Shown here: positions 37,640 through 50,767 of the stretch, one piece after another | Position numbering within the stretch: the first letter of the stretch is position 1 | How the letters are laid out: the number at the start of each line of letters is the position of its first letter | NCBI GenBank assembly: GCA_973895155.1 | Contig: OZ316893.1 | Coordinates: forward strand, 25,099,520-25,163,519 | Source of the DNA: Marsupella aquatica | Taxonomy: Eukaryota > Plantae > Marchantiophyta | Direction of reading: 5' to 3' | DNA length: 64,000 bases | The notes under the pieces: generated by a model | Told to the model about the DNA's origin: nothing | The model's input: the letters and a program-made list of their open reading frames with translations, nothing else | The model's database searches: none | Position numbers and translations under genes: made by a program

Positions 37640-38565
37640 CATCGTCGAGCTATTCAAACTTTTAAAATCCGAGCGAGGCCGAGAGGCACCTCCTTTGCGC
37701 CATCCGTCATTCCAACGGCACCTCCTCGCGCGACGAGAGATTTCACCGTACCACACCACTGCAGTGCCATTACTGATGAAGAGCGAAAGGGTTCTGCGAA
37801 ATTGGCCGACGAGTAGTGGAGCACTGTAGCTCGGAAAATTCAAACTTTCAAACCCCATGGGGGGCAGAGTTTCCCATCCGTTCTCGCTTCCTCTCTTCTC
37901 TAGCGCATCGTTCAACTGGCACCTCGGAGGATTGTACTTCTAGTCCAAGAGATACTGATCAAGAGAGAGAGAGACTGGTGTTTTCGTCGCCCTGAGAGTT
38001 GATGAGATGGTCCAGGAGCGTTGCATTCGGAGAAGAATGAACGAGGAGTCGGAAATTCAAACTTTCGAACCCCAGCGGGGCAGAGTGTCCGTTCCCTTCT
38101 CTTCTCTTGTTGGAAAATCGCTCGACCGGCACCTCGGAGGATTGTACTAGTCCAAGACACCCGGATCAATTTGAGAGAAGGGTTCTGCGAAACTCTTTGA
38201 GAGTCTCAGAGAGAGAGAGAGCGGCTTGTACCCTTCTTCTCCTTGAGAGGTGACGAGGTTGAGGAGCGCAGCATTCGGAGAGAAGAATGAACGAGTAGTC
38301 GAGTACTGTAGCTCAGAGGACGCTGGAAATTCAAACTTTCAAATCTCAGCGGGCCAGAGTGGCACGCAGACGCTTTTCTTCCTTCTCTGGGGCATCGTTC
38401 GACCGCCATATCGGAGGATTGTACTAGTGCCAGATTTACTGATCAAGAGAGAGAAGGGTTCTGCGAAACTCATTTAGAGTCTCAGAGAGAGGATGCGAGA
38501 CTTGTATCTTCATCTCCTTGAGAGGTGGTGAGGTTAAGGATCACAGCATTCGGAGAGAAGAATGA
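37640..38565. repeat. Tandemly repeated promoter/5'UTR-like block (~250-300 bp, 3-4 diverged copies) upstream of the UCP030365-like gene
   Basis: aaattcaaactttc, ggcacctcgg.aggattgtact..agtccaaga, gaagggttctgcgaaa, agagtctcagagag and gcattcggaga.aagaatga each recur 2-4 times. Confidence 0.75.
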
Positions 38566-38854
38566 GATAATAGGATTGTTTGGATTGTGAGAGGCGGGCA
38601 ACTGGAGGAGGAAGGGGATTTGAAATTGAGAAGGTGTGGAGGAGGAGGTGGAGGAGGGGAAAATGACATGCTTTCGCGAAGCAGAAGGCGACCTTGTCGT
38701 TGAGAGATCCACAGGAAGCAGCAGGACCAGGAGGGTTCTTAACGACAGGCGGTACTGTAGCGGTGCTCCAGTTTGAATGGTTTGAATGGATGCACTTGGC
38801 CGGTGAAGAGGTTTCCGTTTGAAATTTGGTGCACACAATTGCCCAAATACGGAG

Positions 38855-41800
38855 ATGATTCCGCATCGGCGACAGTCCGTGGAAGGAAGAGCAGTGGCGA
38901 AGTCCTCCGGCTGGCATGGAGGTTCTCAGTCTTATAGAAAGATTGGTAGAGGTGGCGAGGGGATGGGAGCCTACAGCTACATTCACGAGAGGGAGACGAC
39001 CGGAGGAGGAGTTGGTGAGAATGAAACGCCAGCTCAGAGAGCTGTCCTTCTGAGTGGTAAGGGAAGAGAATCCACCGGGGTGGTGGTGGTGGAGGAGCAG
39101 AAGCGTAGTCTAGAGGAGGAGTTTCAACGCGAGCAATTTGGTGAAGGGGAGGAACGGAGGCGGAAAGACAGAGGATGGTTAAATCCATCGCCACAACCGC
39201 TTGGTGAACGTCTTTTCTTGAACGATGAGGAAGAGGATGGCGTTCATGGCGGTCGAATGAAGCCTCTTACAAGCTTTGATCTGAACAGAGGAATGCCGCC
39301 TCCACAGAACAGAAGATTAAAAATCAAGTTATCTTCCACTGAGGACAACCCATCTTCCACAATGGTATTGGTCATGGTCCTTTTCCTTTTCTTTCTTCTC
39401 TCATAATTTAGATTTTCCATATCAAAATCTCTCATTTGCTCTCCGTGATTCACCCATGAGCAATTGAATTCGAGGCGTTTCACCTAGAAGAGTCTGTGTA
39501 GTCCATCTCATTGAAGGCACATGTCATCATTCTGGTTTAAGGAGTTCCTCATTCGAAGATCACGACGACTGTGAGTAGAAATCTAGGATGAAAATCCTAT
39601 TTGAATCCTACATTGGAATATGGAATCAGTTTGGGCTTACCTCGGTTTTCAGTTGAGAGATTATATCTCAACACTCACATTCAAGGATTCGTCATTTATA
39701 TATGACGATGACGATGATAATGAAGTAAGGGGGGATTAATAGGAGTTTGAAAGGTCGAAGTCGTTCTGCCCAACGTACAAGAAGTTCGAAAATTTGAATT
39801 TGGAGCCATTTCGAAGATTCAAACTTTCGCATTTTCAAGTTTGGAATGGTTCCTAATTTTGCTCCCAGCAAATATCTGCGGAGCTGACTCACGGCTCGAA
39901 ATTCTTGTCTTGACCAGGCTTTCAAGAAATTGAACGCTCTTCAGTAGATTTCGTGTTGGGCCGATCATTTTGTTATATGTGTTATTTATGGGGTGGAGTC
40001 GAAGGAGTGACTGTTTTCTCCCGGTTTCTCTGCGGTGTTAGGCAGTGTGATGTGCCTGTTAGGCTTGGTCCTCCGACGTTGTAACTTAGCCCATGCATCC
40101 TAAATTCGTTCTTACAGATGTGCTTCCTATTTTTGACTGCAGGATGGAGCCGCTCCCAAAGCAATTCGCAGCGCGCAAGACAAAGAGAATGGAGGGCTCG
40201 TGCCACTCTGTCCGGGAACAACTCAAATCAGCGGGATGAAGCGCAAGATCGTCAGCCCCCCAGGTAATGCTTTTTCTTTCTGTTATGCAAGGATGTCAAT
40301 TTTGATCTCAGCAGTAAAGTGTTGATGTGTGGCGTCGCTCGAAATGTGTTCGGAGATGGCGGTCAGGGCGCTTTGTAAAGGTTAGGCCTGTCACTACGGA
40401 GCCATGGAATTGGGACCTCAAGGTTGTTTTCCCTCGTTGACCTATCTCCATGTGATGCATATAAGTACACCCTTCTGAACTTTTGGAGAGGCATAGTTTT
40501 GACGGCTTTATTGGCGTAACTCAGAGTTGAAGCCTCAAGGTGGAAAACGAGCTCGTCCGCCAAATGAGTCAGCCAAGACTGCAGAAGAGTCGACACAGGG
40601 GGCTGCTCTGGAAGTAGAAGGGGACGGAAGCCAAGGAATGGACATGCTACTGATGGCCCTGGCAGCAGACCCAAATCACCGTTTGATTTCACCTTCCCAA
40701 CCAATGGCAAGAGCGACGGTTGTCCACGCCACAACTGGAGACCAAGCAGTAAAGCCTGCGAGGCCCACAGTCAGAGTAACAGGGGAAGCACCCCTTTGCC
40801 GATCACAGGTGCAATTTGTCGATGATCAACAAAGTCCATCAGTCTTTTGGGAAATCTCTGTTCATGAGGTCTCAAGTTATCGCTCTGACGGTCCGCACTA
40901 CGGTGAAGATTCTAGCAGCTGGTCACTTATGTGCAGAGTCAACTTTGGGACCGATAGAGCTTGCAAATTCCATATTTAACTACTCCATATTTCAGGTGCA
41001 ATCGAAGGTCCTGAGAGAGGATCGAACTGCATCAAGAGAGGAAAAACTATGGGCGCCAAGGAGCAAGAACCAAGCGACTAGGCAGTACCGTCAGGTAACG
41101 ACGATCCAGATGGAAGTGATATCCCAAGTGGATCTCTGGTGCAGTTTGCTTTCCATATATAAAGGAGCCCAAGTGCATAGAGGAAACAGTTCCCATCCGT
41201 AAAGGTCCACATAAATTCCCTTGACACTAGTATGAGATGGGCCGTTCTTTTTCTTCGGAGGAACTATGCAGAAAATAATTCAGGAGGACGACAGTTTACC
41301 CGGACTGGAGTTATTTTTATTTTTTTCCTGTTAAGGTTAAAGGATGGGAAAACTTGAGTTAAGAAAGGGTGATGATGAGGGCATTAGTTGTAGCCATAAG
41401 GATGACGTTAACTCCGGCAGAATTCGAGAAAAAATATGGCCCGTTCATGCAGCCACACAGATACTGGCCTGAACCATGTGAGACTGCACCATTGAAGGAT
41501 GGTTTAGTGAGTTGAGTGTTGAAAATATCTGGTTTTATATCGTCGTTCGTCCACTTCACTGAACATATACGGCCACTGGGTCCCGAGACGGGAGGCTGGC
41601 AGAGGCTGGAACAGAACTACAATTTAGCTCGAGGGTTGCACACGGCGATGTGCTGGGCCAATTTCGATCATGGCTTTTGGACATTGTTCTCTGCTGAGGA
41701 TGAAATGAGAGTGCGAGAACTTCGCCTCAGTTTACCCCTAATGATGTCGTTAAGGTCAGACGGATCGTAGCTACGTTCAGAGATAGCTTATAATCTTATT

Positions 41801-44800
41801 GTCAACCAGGCAATGATGCTCCCAATGCGGATGGAATTAGTAACCCGAGTGGAGCTCTGCTGTAGTTGGGTTCCGATATTCTAGGGAGACGACGTTCAGA
41901 GTAGGAAATTGTTTCCATCCTTACGGTTGCACAGAGATCTTCTTGAACGTATGAAATCTGGGGCCCTTCCATTTCATCTTATTCGCTGCAAGTATAAGGC
42001 AAACGTTTTGACGGAGAGGGGTACTGAAGTTGAATGTTGTTGATGGATTCTGGTTTCTTTTCTTCAGGTTAACATCAAGGAAAGAGTAGGGATAGCTTGT
42101 CTTCCGGACGGCAGTTCTAGCAATGACGACTGCGATTGGTCTCCGGAGAAACCACACAGATACAGGCTTGCACCATGTCAGACTGAGGTAAGTTGAATGT
42201 TTAAAATGTTTGAATGTATATCGTCGTCCATCCACTTCACTGACCTTTAGAGACGGGGGGTTGGCAGAGGCTGGAAAAGAACTACGATTTAATTTAGCTG
42301 AAGGTTGCACAAAGCGATGTGCGGGGCCAATTTGGATCATGACTTTGGGCATTGTTCTCTGCTTAGGATGAAATTAAAGTGCGAAAATTTCGCCTCTATT
42401 ACCCCAAACGATGTCGTTGAAGTCAGACGGATTGAAGCTATGTTTAGAGATAGAGGGGGAGCTCAAAACTTTATTACCAACCAGGCAATGATGCTTCCAA
42501 TGCGGGTGGAATTAGTAACCCGAGTGGAGCTCTACTGTAGATGGGTTCGATGTTTTAGGGAGACGACGTTCAGAGTAGGAAACTGTTTCCATCCTTAAGT
42601 TGCACAGACATCCTCTTGACGATAGTATGAAATCTGGGGCCGTTCCATTTTATCGTATTCGCTGCAAGTATAAGGAAAATTAAACGTTGTAACGGGAGAG
42701 GAGTACTGAAGTTCAAATTTGTTGATGGATACTGGTTTCTTTTGTTCAGGTTGACATCAAGGAAAAGTTAAGGATAGCTTATCGTCCGAACGTAAGTTCT
42801 AGCGATGACGACTGCGATATATCTCCGGAAAAGTTTCAGAGAGAATATGGCCCGTTCATGAAGCTACAAAGATACAGCCGTGGACCATATCAGACTGCAC
42901 CATTGAAGGATGTGTTGGTGAGTTGAACGCTGGAAATGTTTGGTTGTATACCGTCGTCCCTGCATTCCACTGAAAATATATGCCCACCTGCTCCCGACAC
43001 GGAAGGTTGGCACGGTTGGGAAAAAATGATTGCTTACTATCACAGATGCACACAAGAATTTGGTCGACGAACTCTGACCATGGCTTTACATATCGTCAGC
43101 TAGCTTCAGGGAAGAGGTGGAGTCATAAACTTCATTACCAAACCTAGTGGGGATGTACCCGATCTTGTCTTTCTAGGGAATGAATGGACGGATGACTTAA
43201 TGATTGGGCGAATGAATTTAAATCTACAGGGAACGTAATTCGCTATGCGACTGGAGTTGTACCAGGACTTACAAGTCATCGTTAACCAGACAGAAGGTGG
43301 GCATAGAAAACAAAATGCATTAGTTTAGATTTTGATTGCTCATTTCCGTGCAGGTTGAGGGAAAAAGTGGAGTAGAAGTAAGGAAGGAGGAAGAGCTACA
43401 TTGCAGCGATGACAATGTGGAGGCTACAGTGAAGATTTCACACAAACACCAGCAAGCAACATTGAAACTGGCTAGAGTATGCGATCCTATTATCTTTTGT
43501 GACGCTGTTAGACTAATCCATAATCCAATGTTCTGAAAACGGCTAACAATTTTCGACCGCACACTGTAGGCAGCGCAAATGGTCTTGTACGAAAATCGAC
43601 CCAAGTTTTTCTCGATTTACGGGCCGGAATGTAGAGTTGAGCTAGTATACGTTGGGTTCACACCGTGCATCTAACAATCCCTGAACTTCCATGACAAGTT
43701 TCTTGGGTAGCGGGCGGCTTGTGTTTTCCGTTATCGTTTGTATGGTTACCTCTCAGCTTTATGAGCCTGTTTACTATGACGTTTTTTTCGCTTAATCGTA
43801 GAGTCTCTAAAATATTGTATGACCCAATTTAGCTAATTTAGATGCCGACACTCCTGGTAATTGCGAGATCTTATGAACGTCACCGATTCTGACTGTGGGT
43901 GCATCTATTCAGGACAAAATCAAGGGAATAGTTGACGTAATAAAGGAGAATGACGAGGACTTAAGTTCCAGCGATGATGATGAAGATTTTTCTAGTGAAG
44001 ACTTCGACAGGAAATATGGGCAGCCACACAAATACCGGCCTGCACCATTGAATAATACATTGGTGAGCAAAAATGTAGGTTTGCCGACGAGGAGATACTA
44101 AATTCGTTCTTAAATCATCTTTTGCTGTGCAAATACCGTAAAATCTACGCCCACATGCTCTAGAGACACGAGGTTTGCACAATTGGTGAACCACATTTTC
44201 CGTGAGATTATACACTGCTATCTGCCGGACCAAGTTTGACATTGGCTTTGGACATCGTCATCTGTTTAGGATAAAATCAAGGACAGGGAAGAATCGATTG
44301 GCAGGGGCCACGATCGACATTCCACTGACGACTCTTTAGAGAAGAATGTCGCTAGGGGACATAGTTACTGCATGATATCTCGAGCAGCTTTGGTAAGTAA
44401 TATCCCGTTTCTCAGCTGTTTCCGAATCTTACGAGGAGTAGGGGGGTGTTCTAAATTTTGTACCCATGAGTCCCTTAAACTTGTCCTTAATCCGCTGTTC
44501 TCTGATATAATTAATAGGCATTATGTAAACCTTGGGGACCGTGGATGCTGCAAATGCACATCCAATCTTGATTTGTTCTTGTATACGCATCTGCTCAGGA
44601 CAATCCTGGGGAAAACCTGGAAGCAAGCACAGAGGAAGGGGACGACCTGACATCCAGTGAAGCTGGATTAGACTGGAAGATGGGTGATGGAGCCACAAAT
44701 ACGCGCGTCTTGGAGATACGGAGACAAGCGGTGACGACGGGAAATGCTTTTCCAGATTCGTTGCCCGTGCCACGTGCAAAACCATTCGTGAGTGGCACTA

Positions 44801-47800
44801 TGTATTCTCAGTTGGTTGTCTACATAGTTGAAGCGTTTCTTTGGCTCATCGCATCGAGAGCATGTGCAATAGTTCAGATAAATCCACGAAACAAGAAAGA
44901 ACTTATAAAAAGCTTTAGTAAATCTACTTTCATGTCCAGTTCTGAGCGTAGTGTGAATTACTGCATCTATTCAGGATATTCGTAAAATGAATCATAAAGC
45001 AAAGAACAGCAAAATGCAGAAATAGTTCTGGCCTTATTCCACTGTTGAACAGTAGAAACACTCTTTCCGTCGAAATAATTTTTTGCTAGAAATTAACGAA
45101 CAGGACTACCCAGGGTACGAGCGCAAACTCGGTCGCCGGAACGTCAGAGAACAGAGGAGAGAAGAGCTCTTGCGATGCAATTATAATTGAGACCGTGATA
45201 ACTCCAGACCTTTCCAACGTGCATCCATCTAAGGCCAGAGACCTCTGTTCTCAGGTGTGCTAAAATTCTCCTTGATGTGTTGCCTGTCAATGTTTCAAGT
45301 GTTCTGGATATATCTTTGCTACGTACTCACCTGATCTTGGTCTTCCAATTTCACAATTCCTGGTTGGTCGATCCTTCAGTAGAACGGAATCTACCAAGGA
45401 AAGAACGTCGTTGTTTGTAAGGTACTGGGTATAGCTTGCGTTTGTTCTCGGCGTTGGAAGGGCAGCACCGAGCAAATGCATACTTCTTCACTCTCTTCTT
45501 ACAGGATTCGTCCAATGTTTTCTTTGACCACTGCTATAACGGTAGAACCTTCCTGGTGGTTCTCATGTCCCTTCGCCGATTTGAAACATAGTCCTAAGTA
45601 CAACCTCTTCCTGTTACCTTACAGGAAAGGCACATCAACCAACGAGTACTGAAGGAGGGCAGAATTACTGGACTGAACTGTTCTACTTCCGTCGAGAGCC
45701 ATCAGAAGCAGCACAAGGTGTCTGAGCGCGAGCCTACTGGACATGACAGTAGTTATGTCATGTCCCTGCGAGAAGATTTTGAGGACACTACAACATTGGA
45801 GAAGTCACTCAACGTAAACCAAGAAGATGGCTTTTGGAGCTTCCTTCCTTCTACTTGGGGGAAGTATCCAGGGGCAATACAACAATTAACTAGGAAGGAA
45901 TTGTCAGGAGCACCAAGGACTAGCTACGATCAACAACTATGGAAAACACAAAAGAGCAAGGCGACTGACCGTAACTCAGCATTCTGTATCGTACCGAAGC
46001 AAGTAAAATTAGCCACTGCCTCTTGCCTGATAGACAACGGGGAGTCTTCGCATCCTTCCCTTGGGTCGGTTGTTGTTGAGTGCTTACCACCGTCAACTGA
46101 GTACAAAGAAGACAACCGAGCACCTTTCTCCGAATTTCAGAACAAAGAATTTGCTGTTTCGAGCAGCTCCAATTCGTTTCAGTCACCTATTGACGTCGGT
46201 ATTTGGGACACGGATAAAGAGAACATATCTTGGGTACGAGACACTACTTCAGATTGCCCCTCGAGCACAGGAGTGAAAGTCCCTTGGACACAGGATTTTG
46301 AGGTCATTCCCACAGCCCCGAATGATGCTTCTACCCTGCATCGTTCCGGATTATCTTCTGTCGGTAGAGTTTCTGGCACCCGAGCTCTTGGGGACACTTC
46401 CTCTCGAATTATTTTGCACACTCAGCAAAATTCAAGCAACGATGTGGCCCGAGCTGACTCGAAAACCTTGTACAGCTCAGGTTCGCAGTATGGATCGCGT
46501 TTGAAGCAGTCACACCAGCAGCAACAACAGCAATGTCCCAGGAGTACCCCTGGAGCTGGGGCTGGAACTCGCACTAGCAATGAGGACAATGAAACCCGTC
46601 ATGAGATTGCAGGTATCACGGTGCAGCGTCGTTCATGGGAAGCTTTGAAATCGACTGAGGCAGAGTATTATGCTAAGAGAAGGTTTGATCCTAACACAGA
46701 AACAGTTTTTGATCACGTCCCCTTCGTACCTTCACGTTTCCAGAACGCTGAGTATCCCATTCAACGGGTCTCTAACGTCAAGCCCAAACCAGATTTCGAG
46801 ACCCAATTGAGTCATGGTGCTACTCTTTCACGATCTGTTGGCGTCACGACTCATGCAGGCATCGCCGAGAGAAGGGTCACGTTTAGAAGAGGGCCCAAAC
46901 AAGGCAAGCAAGAAAGACTGAGCACCAAGGTGCTGAACAGGAATCTTGAACATTTTGTCAAGCTGAACGATGCCAGTTGCCATCGAGGCAGTACCTTCAG
47001 TAGGCTTAGCCAGACTCGGAATGAAGGTCACTTTCCTGTGAATATGTCCCAAACCCAATTCCCACTCGCTCGCTCTCATTCCGTGGTGCCCAAACTTCCA
47101 TCCCAGAAAGCCAGACAAAGGAGAGGCCCCAAAAAATTCGTCAAGGAAAGGCTGAAGACGATCATCACGAAAGCTACCAGCAGTTCCAGTCATTTCAAGT
47201 CGCTCTCAGAGCCGAGCGGCTTGTTGGGTAATTTGAATCCAGGGATCATTGGTCGAGTGAGGAACAGTCAGCAGATCCATGCTATTTTGGGAGCGTTGAT
47301 TGGGGTAGCCTCAAGTAATGAAGGAAGAGAAGCTACTCGATCCGCCAGCTTGCCAAGAGCGTCCCAACCTTCAGCTTGCGTTCCTGTTATGCCAGAAGCT
47401 GATGGGGAGCTGAAAGAAAGACCAGTTGAAGTTCAAGAAACCTATCTTAAAGAAGAAAATGTCACTCGATCGAAAAATGGTGGAGTGCAACACTCCACTA
47501 TAGGAAGGAGCACAGAGAATGAACAATTGCAGGAAAGGGACTTAAGGCAGGAAACGCTGGATCAAGGACGGCCTCTGCTGTCTAACCCACTGAAAGTAAT
47601 AAGCGAAACTCGTAAAATCCTTCCTCAATGTGCTGCTGGTTTGGCGTCTCTGATAGACGAGGCTGTCAATGGAGACCATGTACACGAGCAGTCCGAGTCT
47701 CGCACACAAATGCGGTCCTCCCTTTCCGGTATTCCTGAAGATGTGGAGGACGATAATGAGCAAGAACTGCAACCCATGTCTGTGACAGATAGCTCTTCAG

Positions 47801-48994
47801 CAGGTAAGATGCCAACTCGGGAATCTATGCCACGAAAGGATGAAACAGGTCGGATTCTTGAAGATTCCAATGTAGCCTTTTCATATGCGTATGTGTGCAA
47901 CTAATCAGTGTTGTGATAGTTGAGAGATCTCTTAATTGTGATACTAACACTTTCTACGAATTCAGCTGCAGGGCTAGCAGCTCGATGGCTGGACCTCCTT
48001 TCGCTTGATGCCAAGGGTCGGCTCTGTGGTAGGTGGCTCTGCTTGGATCCCTGTGCAAGTCCACTCATTCACTCCGTTTGAATGTCTTTGGTCTTCTTGC
48101 AATCCATTGATGTAATAAGTGCCTTGCCATTCGATTTCTCGTCAACGACTTCCTGGTGATGAAAGTTGCACTCTTTGCAGCTTTGAGACAAAGTCGCCGT
48201 CGAGTACGAAGCACTCTTTCCTCAGTGCCGCTTAATCCCGACGTTACGGCTGTTAATCCACCTTTGACTAGGTCCACCATTGATATGGATATACTTGGCA
48301 GTCAACAAAGTGTCTGCTCAGATCCAACTATAATTCAGACCGTGGCGGATGAGTCTTCACAGCAAGTGGATAGGTGGCGTGCTCTATTTACCAACATGGA
48401 CGTCGTGCTCGGGAATGAGGCTACCAAGCTGGTGCGTTTTTCCGCCCCTAAAATTTTATTACACATTCCTATGTTGGTCTTCAAACAAGAATGAGATCTC
48501 GGTCATTGATAAAGCAACTCAAGATACGTCGTTGTGATTTTGTGCAGGAAAGTTGGTTGTGGCAAATTAATCAGATGCAGGCATTTTGCCCAAGTTCAAC
48601 TCAACACCCTTCTTCTGGTCCAGAGAAATCACATGTTGCTTTCTGCCAAGGACTGGCAACGTCAAATCCCGGAATTGAAGGGAAACCGGCTCAAAGGTCT
48701 CAATGCTCTTTCCAGTTTGCTTGCTAGTCACATCAACCGATTGGTTGGCAATATTTCATCAGTGAGCAAATGACGTGCCTGAGCTTCGTTGAGGTCGAGG
48801 ATAGTAGGTCGGGCAGGATCATTTTTTCGACCAAAAAAACATTTTTGTTCTTTCAATACTAACGCCCACCTGCTGTTTCTGACAGGTGGCCTTTAACTAT
48901 CGATGCCATAGAAAAAGAGCTTGGATTCGCCGCATCCGTTGCTTCAATAACGTCCACGGCCAACTTTGTGGCTAAAGCTCAAAATTTCAGATAA
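38855..48994 (+). CDS. Multi-exon conserved plant protein of unknown function, UCP030365 / AT2G40630-AT5G05240-like, with an expanded repetitive N-terminus
   Basis: Family motifs (recalled): PSGLLGNLNPGIIGRVRNSQQIHAILGAL, AARWLDLLSLDAKGRLCALRQSRRRVR, RWRALFTNMDVVLGNEATKLESWLWQINQMQAFC, ELGFAASVASITSTANF. Phase-consistent exons: 38855?-39364, 40143-40263, 40525-40808, 40996-41094, 42068-42187, 42750-42917, 43354-43476, 43913-44062, 44270-44392, 44599-44787, 45091-45254?, 45625-47803, 47966-48028, 48181-48431, 48548-48696, 48886-48994. TACTAAC branch points near 47942 and 48857. The start codon and the 5' and middle exons are less certain than the last five. Confidence 0.75.
41300..43110 (+). 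repeat. Intragenic tandem duplication of exon+intron units (~680-720 bp)
   Basis: 41800-42130 and 42477-42820 are near-identical (aaccaggcaatgatgct.ccaatgcgg.tggaattagtaacccgagtggagctct...); 41490-41790 is similar to 42190-42450 and 42900-43110. Confidence 0.9.
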
Positions 48995-50395
48995 TGAAGG
49001 TTCTAATTTAGGTATATTAGCCATTCATTCATTACTCATCTAGGAGATTCCATGGTCGGTGGAATATTTGATTGAAGGTAAAAGGTTGCCAACTGCACCT
49101 TAGTGATTACAAATATTTAGAATCTTGCCAACACTAAAGTTGAGGTGATTTCGCTATGAAAAGCTGTCGTGAACGTACGAAGCGAGACATCTTTTGGTGT
49201 GATACACTGTAAAATAAGCTTCAGAAGCCAAGTTGATATCATCCTATTCTCTCTAAGGCGACTCCTATCAAATTCCTATTCACAAGGGTAAGCCGGTTGA
49301 TTCTGTACATGAGACTTGTACTAAAAAGTGGGTTCTGAAGGGCTCCAACATTTGAGAAACATTTGCGAAATGTTGGACCAGCACTATAGCGTGAGCAGTT
49401 TCTGAAGCTTTAACCTCGACCTACTGAAAGTATCTTCGGGTGCTGTTGTAAAGACTTGGGTACCAGCATGGCACCTCGGATTCAATTAGGTCATGATCAA
49501 TGTATCAAACTCATCAGAACGGTAACAAAGTGCATACAGATGCCATTGTGGTCCCCAGAGCACTCAGCACAACTAAAAAGAGAGGTCCGCATTCCGTCCT
49601 AGTTCAATGATCTGTAGAACGAAACAGCATCTTGAGAGGGGCAGCTTGCCACCGTCTATCAATCAGTGCCTGTGGTCCAAACGGGCACAGAAGATTCATT
49701 ACGAGGTTCCATTTGTTCGCTTTTTGCTCGAAGCAAAAGATCTTAGTGGCCCCGTCCCCTCTCCCTCTTTCTAGATTTGTGGGTTGAGGTAGAAAAGGGA
49801 TGGCAGCCAGATTGAAATCCCAGAGCTGTGATTTGCCTTTTCTGAATAGACGCCGAAGCTCAAAACAAGGAGCTAGTTTACACTGAGCATCCTTCCTCCC
49901 CATGAGTTTGACAGTTCCGCGATCTTGCCACTTCTCAAAAGATAATACAAGTGAGACTCTCGATGACGTGCATTGTCTACTTAATACAGTAGCCTGGAAT
50001 GAAAGTTCGCCATGTCCATCAGCAAGTTTTCGCAACCCCACCACGTTAGAGGAATCTGTGATGGTTATTTCCGAAAATTTCAACTACCATGTCTGATTTG
50101 AGCTGCCTTCTATTCACTGTATGTTGCAGACTCCCAGAAAATCATTTCTCAAGCGCTGGCAACGGCTCAGGTCCCTCCTTCGTCAGAGACGTTGCAGAGG
50201 GTCTATAATCTACACATAGCCTACTGTGTGGAAGCTACAGTACTGAATATAGCCAGCCGAGCTTCGATCAATAGCTTTGTATTATAAGTTGAATGGGAGT
50301 CCCAAGCCAACGGGCAAAAGTCGTTCAGTGGTCTCTTGTGTACTTGTAAGGGGTCAATAGTTGACCTGGCCTGTGTAGGTTAAGGGCATATTCTA

Positions 50396-50624
50396 GAGAC
50401 ATTTATTTCATGGACCCCCAAAATGCAAAATGTTTCTTGATGGACCCATGAGTGATCCACACCCACCATAGATCGCAAATCAATGTACCCAAAAACTCAT
50501 GTGGTTTCATGGGGTCTATTAAGTAAGACATTTTAATTTAGGGGTCCATCAAGTAGCTCATGTAGTTTCATGAGGTCTATTAAGTAAGACATTTCAATTT
50601 AGGGGTCCATCAAGTATATATCTC
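50396..50624 (+). mobile_element. Mutator-like MITE (family M2) with duplicated right arm
   Basis: GAGACA..TTTCATGGACCCC left end; ctcatgt.gtttcatg.ggtctattaagtaagacatt..aatttaggggtccatcaagta occurs twice; ends TATATCTC. Confidence 0.75.
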
Positions 50625-50767
50625 TTATAGTGTCCTTTCAAACTTCACTCCATACCATGATAAATCTGGTTATTTTGTTTAAATCAATGAGTGCACAACC
50701 TATATTAGCACATTTTGATGTGGTCAAAATATGACATTTACTGTGTACTACATCACTCCTTATCAGG

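Noticed and set aside
39908-39922. ttgaccaggcttt resembling miR166
   Set aside because: Partial match only and no complementary star arm nearby.
47804-47904. C-terminal 33 codons of the 728-aa ORF as the true protein end
   Set aside because: A strong G|GTAAG donor at 47803 is phase-compatible with conserved downstream exons, so this stretch is read-through into an intron.
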